Of a DNA stretch of 64,000 nucleotides, positions 55,453 through 64,000 are shown piece after piece. This DNA is from Tubiluchus corallicola. Taxonomy: Eukaryota > Animalia > Priapulida. The notes under the pieces were generated by a model. The model made no database searches. It saw only the letters and a program-made list of their open reading frames with translations, and was not told where the DNA came from. The translations under genes and the position numbers were made by a program. The stretch lies in NCBI GenBank assembly GCA_030141605.1, contig JAQGDQ010000631.1, positions 1 to 64,000 on the forward strand. Direction: 5' to 3'. The first letter of the stretch is position 1. The number at the start of each line of letters is the position of its first letter.

Positions 55453-55674
55453 TCTCTCTCTCTCTCTCCCTCTCCCCCTCTCTCTCTCTGTCTCTCTCTC
55501 TCGCTCTCTCTTTCTCTCTCTCTCTCTCTTCTCTCTCTCTCCCTCTTTCTCTCCTATTCCCTCTCTCTTCACAAAACACAATCTCTCTCTCTCTCTCTCC
55601 CACTCTCTCTCTATCTCTGTGTCTCTTTCTCTCTCCTTCTCCCCCCTCTCTCCGTCTCACGCTCTCTCTCTCTC

Positions 55675-55734
<60 letters not shown>

Positions 55735-55748
55735 CCTCCCTTTCTCTC
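55354..55748. repeat. (CT)n-rich microsatellite
   Basis: Read directly. Confidence 0.95.
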
Positions 55749-56094
55749 GTACACAGGAATGATATGTCTGCATTACATCCTTTATCACCACACATAAACT
55801 TAAACAAATCAGCATCAGCCACAGCGTCTCTGAAATTATAAACATTCCGACAAACGGTACACATCGCCACATTCTTGAAACACTTGCTGGTCTAACATTC
55901 TACACGCTGTGTGTTTTACATTTAAACATTTTGAGCAATTTTTGGTGAAAATGTGTGGTGTGACTAGTTTCTGTTCGTATTTACTTTTTAGTCATGTGAA
56001 AGGAGCTTTAATATGTACAAACATTAAATGACAAGACGACACGTTTCTGCATAAGGTCAAAAAATCGTCTTGAAATTTTTGTATCATTTCTGTT

Positions 56095-56535
56095 TTAAAT
56101 GGCGTTTACGTAGTGTGCGGATGCGGATGCGTATGCGTTTTGGGGGGAGCAGAATAGATAAAATCGGTTTATGCTGTCTTTAATGCACCCGTTTACGCAG
56201 CCTGCGTATGCGTTATTTTTTGCAGCGATTCCCTATTGATTCTTCCGCGGGCTGTTACCGAGGCGGAAAACACATCCGCAACCGCATGCCCATTCGCAAC
56301 CTTAAAACGCCACTTTAAATGGCGTCTATATATTATGCGGATGCGGATACGTTTTGTGAGGTGCGGAATAGATAAAATCGGTTTATATTATTTTCAACGC
56401 ACCCGTTTTATAAGCCTGCGCATGCGCTATTACTTTTCTGGAGCCATTTCCTATTGTTATTCGCTAAGGCTGTTGTTCCGCAAAGGGGCAAAGGCATCCG
56501 CATCCGCATCCGCATACTACCTAAACGCCACTTTT
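56095..56535. mobile_element. Two abutting Harbinger/PIF-like MITEs
   Basis: aaatggcgtttac...aaacgccact|ttaaatggcgtct...aaacgccact; same family as 36901. Confidence 0.6.
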
Positions 56536-56884
56536 CTGGCGACCTTGTATTGGCAATAATGCTGTATAAAACTGTTAAATTTAAATTCCCGTGATGACCG
56601 CTAGGCGCAGCCATTCGAAAAATTCCGACCTCAAACTCGGCGTTCCTAAACTGGAACACCCCTGTTGCTGGGTCTGCCCTGTAGATGGCGTAATTGTTGT
56701 TATTTCATTTAAAGCTTATGGCTGCAATTTTCACGGTATAATATTACATGTTCACGTTGTGTCATAAAACAGCTGTGTCGTCAATAATATAAGGGCAGCA
56801 TAGATATTGCCTAATGATTAATTTGTTCTCACGAAAATGATCGCAGTACATACTACGTGGATTGTTCACGCGTTATTGATAAGC

Positions 56885-57158
<274 letters not shown>

Positions 57159-58886
57159 TTTTATTTCTGAAAATCAAATTTCCAACACGAAAATTACAAA
57201 CTCGACGCATACCCGATGGTTTTATCAGCGGGCAGAACTCGGGTAATGATTTCCAGATCATACTAACAATTTCACTCAACATAGCTGCACAAGATATATA
57301 CACAGTTATACAAATTTAGTTGTAAACTCTATGAAGCGAAAAAACTATTTACTAAGCATTTGTACACATGTGATAAACAAATATTTTACCTATATGATAA
57401 TCACTGTGATTATGTTGGATGGTGTATAGAAATTGTTATTGGATAGTGAATTAAAAGGATTTATAAGCAGTGCTGTAGTGGTAAATTTGCCTAAACAACT
57501 TTTTTATTTTCAGTGAAACATCATATGATTTATTTATTTATTTACTGACTTATTTATTATTTAAAGTTTGTTGTGTGAAAACATATTAATTAGAGCACGC
57601 AGTCATTATCTACGAAATAATATTTATTTACGTACTTATATATTTTATTACATAATTGGTACAGCGCACAAGATACAGATAATAATGACGTCACAAATGA
57701 ACATAATTTTCAACAGCACGTGTTGCATGTATTTGTGGAAACGAAAATTGTAGTACAGTACTACTGTAAGATATTCTGCGGTAATAACTCTTTCACGAAT
57801 AAACAGCTCTTTCCCTTTCAATATATTATACAGTAGATTATTTTGAACTGTAGTTTAAGATTTTGTATATTTTTCCTTTAAACCAGATAAATTCAAGTAG
57901 AAATGGACGTGTATAAACTAGGCTTACCGGGAACAGATGAAAATTTAAAGGAAACTGTACGATTGATTAGATTAGACTCAATCCCATTTTAATTTTCTGT
58001 CTGAAATGTACATTTTCTTTATTATTAGGAATTGTTTCTAATGTAAGAAACGTTGGAAAGTTAATTAACGGCAATGGAACACAGCTATCGCATACGTCAC
58101 AAACTAACAACAGTTTACACAATGGTAGCCGTCTTCTCTGCGCATCAAGCACGTTTGCGTAAACGAAGATCGCTATAAATGACGCTGCTGTGACGTCACG
58201 AATATGAATTGGCATCGCAAACGAACACCACGGTTCATGATAATGCTTAGCACGGTACCGCGCCTTTTTGTCGGTTACACGAAGGTGTCAAAAGCGCCAT
58301 TGTCCTGTCTTAGTGGATTCGCTGAGCTGCGCATAGTTTTGAAATTTAAAAAAAAATTAACTATGGAAGGTAATTATTATTCAGTCTAAGCTGTGGTTTA
58401 ATTTTTAAAAAAGCTGTTGTAATTTTCAATATTTTAGAGCATACTTTATTTGGGAACTAATGTCTATACAATCGTCTAAGTAGTAGACATCAACATAGTG
58501 ACTTTTGGCACACCCAGTACGTTATTTTATTCGTCTCATTTAAATTTACACGTATAATAACATACAATGTTTCTTTAAGATGATAAACATTACATTGAGA
58601 TGGGGTGGTAGAAAGGGGTCGAGGGGTCACCTAGCAACCACCCCTATTTGTACGACAATCTTTATTTAATAAATCGAGTGACGCTATTAACAGCTTACTG
58701 CGAGACACGTATAAAAAATGTATGTATTATAAATTTATAATAATAATTGTATTAGTAACTAAAGAAATATATGTCTTTGTTATCAATATCTAAATTACTT
58801 GTTGATGTATGCAAAATGATAGATAAACTAAAATGAAAATGCCTTACACAATTATAGTTGAAACATTTTAGTCATACCTGGTTTAA

Positions 58887-61800
58887 TCCTTAGCCGTCCA
58901 ATGTGGGGTAAAAATTACCCAGGACTGTCTGCTCACATTTTTTATATTGCTGCAAACAACGAAATTTTCAAACAAGTAGTTTCAAACAATTTTCAAACAT
59001 TTCATGCTGCGATGTTCTTTTATGCTTTTATAGTTGTGAATATCGATTTATCATGATAAATAAAGATTATATATATATATATATAGTGATTAAATGTTTT
59101 TCAATTTGTTATGCAAGCAAACCCTGGTTTTGTTGAAAAGCGAATGCAAAGGTTCTGTACAGGCGAGTGTACATGAAGCTGTACAGGTGAGTGTACATGA
59201 AGCTGTACAGGTGAGTGTACATGAAGCTGTACAGGTGAGTGTACATGAAGCTGTACAGGCGAGTGTACATGAAGCTGTACAGGTGAGTATACATGAAGCT
59301 GTACAGGTGACTAACCTTGAAGCTGTACAGGTGACTAACCTTGAAGCTGTACAGGTGACTGAGCTTGAAGCTGTACAGGTGACTAACCTTGAAGCTGTAC
59401 AGGTGACTAACCTTGAAGCTGTACATGTGACTAAGCTTGAAGCTGTACATGTGACTAGGCTTGAAGCTGTACATGTGACTAAGCTTGAAGCTGTACATGT
59501 GACTAGGCTTGAAGCTGTACATGTGACTAAGCTTGAAGCTGTACAGGTTACTAAGCTTGAAGCTGTACAGGTGACTAGGCTTGAAGCTGTACAGGTGACT
59601 AAGCTTGAAGCTGTACATTGACTGCAATGTACTGTTGCTTGAATACAGGTTCTGCTTGAAGCTGTACAGGTGACTAGGCTTGAAGCTGTACAGGTGACTA
59701 AGCTTGAAGCTGTACAGGTGACTAGGCTTGAAGCTGTACAGGTGACTAAGCTTGATGCTGTACAGGTGACTAGGCTTGATGCTGTACAGGTGACTAAGCT
59801 TGAAGCTGTACAGGTTACTAAGCTTGAAGCTGTACAGGTGACTAAGCTTGATGCTGTACAGGTGACTAGGCTTGATGCTGTACAGGTGACTGAGCTTGAA
59901 GCTGTACAGGTGACTAGGCTTGAAGCTGTACATGTGACTAAGCTTGAAGCTGTACAGGTTACTAAGCTTGAAGCTGTACAGGTGACTAGGCTTGAAGCTG
60001 TACAGGTGACTAAGCTTGAAGCTGTACAGGTGACTAGGCTTGAAGCTGTACAGGTGACTAAGCTTGATGCTGTACAGGTGACTAGGCTTGAAGCTGTAAG
60101 GTGACTAAGCTTGAGCTGTACAGGTGACTAAGACTGGCTTGAAGCTGTACAGTGACTAGCTGAAGCTGTACGTGACTAGGCTTGAAGCTGTACAGTGACT
60201 AAGCTTGAAGCTGTACAGGTACTAAGCTTGAAGCTGTACAGGTGACTAGGCTTGAAGCTGTACAGGTGACTAAGCTTGAAGCTGTACAGGTGACTAGGCT
60301 TGAAGCTGTACAGGTGACTAGGCTTGAAGCTGTACAGGTGACTAGGCTTGAAGCTGTACAGGTGACTAAGCTTGAAGCTGTACAGGTGACTAGGCTTGAA
60401 GCTGTACAGGTGACTAAGCTTGAAGCTGTACAGGTGACTAAGCTTGAAGCTGTACAGGTGACTAAGCTTGAAGCTGTACAGGTGACTAGGCTTGAAGCTG
60501 TACATGTGACTAAGCTTGAAGCTGTACAGGTGACTAGGCTTGAAGCTGTACAGTGACTAGCTTGAAGCTGTACGGCTGAAGCTGTACAGTGACTAGCTTA
60601 AGCTGACAGTGACTAGCTTGAAGCTGTACGTGACTAAGCTTGAAGCTGTACAGGTGACTAAGCTTGAAGCTGTACAGGTGACTAAGCTTGAAGCTGTACA
60701 GGTGACTAGGCTTGAAGCTGTACAGGTGACTAAGCTTGAAGCTGTACAGGTGACTAAGCTTGAAGCTGTACAGGTGACTAGCTTGAGCTGTACGGTGACT
60801 AGCTTGAGCTGTGGTTAGCTTGAAGCTGTACAGGTGACTAGGCTTGAAGCTGTACAGGTGACTAAGCTTGAAGCTGTACAGGTGACTAGGCTTGAAGCTG
60901 TACAGGTGACTAAGCTTGAAGCTGTACAGGTTACTAAGCTTGAAGCTGTACAGGTGACTAAGCTTGATGCTGTACAGGTGACTAGGCTTGAAGCTGTACA
61001 GGTTACTAAGCTTGAAGCTGTACAGGTGACTAGGCTTGAAGCTGTACAGGTTACTAACTTGAAGCTGTACAGGTGACTAAGCTTGAAGCTGTACAGGTTA
61101 CTAAGCTTGAAGCTGTACAGGTGACTAAGCTTGATGCTGTACAGGTGACTAGGCTTGAAGCTGTACAGGTTACTAAGCTTGAAGCTGTACAGGTGACTAG
61201 GCTTGAAGCTGTACAGGTGACTAAGCTTGAAGCTGTACAGGTGACTAAGCTTGAAGCTGTACAGGTGACTAAGCTTGAAGCTGTACAGGTGACTAAGCTT
61301 GAAGCTGTACAGGTGACTAGGCTTGATGCTGTACAGGTGACTAAGCTTGAAGCTGTACAGGTTACTAAGCTTGAAGCTGTACAGGTGACTAAGCTTGATG
61401 CTGTACAGGTGACTAGGCTTGAAGCTGTACAGGTTACTAAGCTTGAAGCTGTACAGGTGACTAAGCTTGAAGCTGTACAGGTGACTGAGCTTGAAGCTGT
61501 ACAGGTGACTAAGCTTGAAGCTGTACAGGTGACTAAGCTTGAAGCTGTACAGGTGACTAGGCTTGCAGCTGTACAGGTGACTAAGCTTGAAGCTGTACAG
61601 GTGACTAGGCTTGAAGCTGTACAGGTGACTAGGCTTGAAGCTGTACAGGTGACTAAGCTTGAAGCTGTACAGGTGACTAAGCTTGAAGCTGTACAGGTGA
61701 CTAAGCTTGATGCTGTACAGGTGACTAAGCTTGAAGCTGTACATGTGACTAGGCTTGAAGCTGTACATGTGACTAAGCTTGAAGCTGTACAGGTTACTAA

Positions 61801-63700
61801 GCTTGAAGCTGTACAGGTGACTAGGCTTGAAGCTGTACATGTGACTAGGCTTGAAGCTGTACATGTGACTAAGCTTGAAGCTGTACAGCTGACTAAGCTT
61901 GAAGCTGTACAGGTGACTAAGCTTGAAGCTGTACAGGTGACTAAGCTTGAAGCTGTACAGGTGACTAGGCTTGAAGCTGTACAGGTGACTAGGCTTGAAG
62001 CTGTACAGGTGACTAAGCTTGGTGCTGTACAGGTGACTAAGCTTGAAGCTGTACAGGTGACTAGGCTTGAAGCTGTACAGGTGACTAAGCGTGAAGCTGT
62101 ACAGGTGACTAAGCTTGAAGCTGTACAGGTGACTAAGCTTGAAGCTGTACAGGTGACTAGGCTTGAAGCTGTACAGGTGACTAAGCTTGAAGCTGTACAG
62201 GTGACTAAGCTTGAAGCTGTACAGGTGACTAAGCTTGAAGCTGTACAGGTGACTAAGCTTGAAGCTGTACATGTGACTAGGCTTGAAGCTGTACAGGTGA
62301 CTAAGCTTGAAGCTGTACAGGTGACTAGGCTTGAAGCTGTACAGGTGACTAAGCTTGAAGCTGTACAGGTGACTAAGCTTGAAGCTGTACAGGTGACTAG
62401 GCTTGAAGCTGTACAGGTGACTAAGCTTGAAGCTGTACAGGTGACTAAGCTTGAAGCTGTACAGGTGACTAAGCTTGAAGCTGTACAGGTGACTAGGCTT
62501 GAAGCTGTACAGGTGACTAAGCTTGAAGCTGTACAGGTGACTAAGCTTGAAGCTGTACAGGTGACTAGGCTTGAAGCTGTACAGGTGACTAAGCTTGAAG
62601 CTGTACAGGTGACTAAGCTTGAAGCTGTACAGGTGACTAAGCTTGAAGCTGTACAGGTGACTAAGCTTGAAGCTGTACAGGTGACTAAGCTTGAAGCTGT
62701 ACAGGTGACTAAGCTTGAAGCTGTACAGGTGACTAAGCTTGAAGCTGTACAGGTGACTAGGCTTGAAGCTGTACAGGTGATAGCTTGAAGCTGTGCTTGA
62801 AGCTGTACAGGTGACTAGGCTTGAAGCTGTACAGTGACTAGCTGAAGCTGTACAGGTGACTAAGCTTGAGCTGTACAGGTGACTAGCTGAGCTGTCAGGT
62901 GATAGGCTTGAAGTGTAGTGACTAAGCTTTGACATGACTAGCTTGAAGCTGTACAGGTGACTAAGCTTGAAGCTGTACAGGTGACTAAGCTTGAAGCTGT
63001 ACAGGTGACTAAGCTTGAAGCTGTACAGGTGACTGAGCTTGAAGCTGTACAGGTGATTAAGCTTGAAGCTGTACAGGTGACTAAGCTTGATGCTGTACAG
63101 GTGACTAAGCTTGAAGCTGTACAGGTGACTAGGCTTGAAGCTGTACATGTGACTAAGCTTGAAGCTGTACAGGTGACTAAGCTTGAAGCTGTACATGTGA
63201 CTAAGCTTGAAGCTGTACAGGTGACTAGGCTTGAAGCTGTACAGGTGACTAAGCTTGAAGCTGTACAGGTGACTAAGCTTGAAGCTGTACAGGTGACTAA
63301 GCTTGAAGCTGTACAGGCGACTGAGCTTGAAGCTGTACAGGTGACTAAGCTTGAAGCTGATGAAGATGAAATTTTAGAAGATCTAGCAAGTGAAGACGAA
63401 ATGGATGTCTTAAAATTAAACAGTGAACATCGTTATTCAATTATGAAAAAATTCACAAGACTTGAAAAACCAAACATAAACAATATAGTGCAATAGTGGA
63501 AAGCCTCTTTTTGTACTTGATGCCCTCATATATCTATGCCAACTTGCCACAGAACTTGGTTTTGTACTAATAGGAGAACCTCAATTACCAGTTGGTCATT
63601 CTGTCCAGTTAGTAACACACATTAAGAAAAACTTTCATGGGGTAATTTTTGCCCAGCTTGGTCATTATTGTAATATAAAAACTCCTTGGTCGGCTAAGGG
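58887..63700. mobile_element. Non-autonomous piggyBac-type element (~4.8 kb) enclosing a satellite
   Basis: TTAA|tccttagccgtccaa ... ttggtcggctaaggg|TTAA (13/15 inverted match), plus subterminal inverted ggggtaaaaattaccc / ggggtaatttttgccc. Confidence 0.78.
59152..63357. repeat. 24-bp satellite array (~4.2 kb)
   Basis: Unit gtgactaagcttgaagctgtacag; divergent gtgagtgtacatgaagct units at the left edge. Confidence 0.97.
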
Positions 63701-64000
63701 TTAATTAAAGGACTCATAGAGGTTTTGACTGGCATGTCTTATTTTGCACTACAAAGTCCAACAAATGCCAAGGCTGCTAAGTCAATTTAATAATGTTTGA
63801 AACAACCCAAAGTGCATTTTTATACCAAGAGAATTTGATTTTTCCTTCAGTTTAGATCGCCTGGCGACAATGATTTTGGACCAATTATCGAACGCCACGT
63901 TTTAACGGCTTAATTTCGACAAAATTTTCCCGGAAAAACCGCATCCTGGCGATCGTAAAGGATCGGTTGATCTCGTAAACGAAACTAATCTCGCGAATTT

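Noticed and set aside
60100-60820. Deletion-rich patches in the satellite (also 62780-62940) as biological variants
   Set aside because: Clustered 1-3 nt deletions look like low-quality long-read consensus; raw reads are needed.
59094-63496. Giant VTKLEAVQ or SHLYSFKL repeat protein
   Set aside because: A 24-bp period keeps frames open on both strands; there is a stop at 59621, several frameshifts, and the array lies within transposon ends.
63851-64000. Coding exon at the window edge
   Set aside because: All + frames hit a stop soon after the acceptor; too short to call.

Overview
AT-rich, repeat-dense eukaryotic (metazoan, probably invertebrate) genomic DNA; no rRNA, tRNA or CRISPR array was seen. 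Most long ORFs in the track are micro/minisatellite artefacts. Joining GT-AG exons by hand gives three intact + strand genes: (1) a secreted Gly-rich protein (CDS 15249-15799, 17248-17572; 291 aa) with a TATA box and a non-coding first exon; (2) a type II Golgi carbohydrate 6-O-sulfotransferase (21076-21229, 24684-25672; 380 aa); (3) a 7-exon secreted, atypical pentraxin-domain protein (33171-49176; 343 aa) that the ORF track shows only in fragments. There are also three apparently damaged copies of a CX3C-rich/Thr-rich gene (one + copy, two tandem - copies, bracketing the sulfotransferase) and a pair of intronless Asn/Asp-rich repeat ORFs (FRNENVDG...) nested in pentraxin intron 2. Mobile DNA includes a ~1.5 kb foldback, piggyBac-type TTAA MITEs, a 4.8 kb piggyBac-type element carrying a 24-bp satellite, hAT- and Harbinger-like MITEs, a likely solo LTR and LINE fragments. 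Several intronic tandem arrays carry repeated 5' splice-site consensus sequences. All calls were made by eye; no database searches were run.
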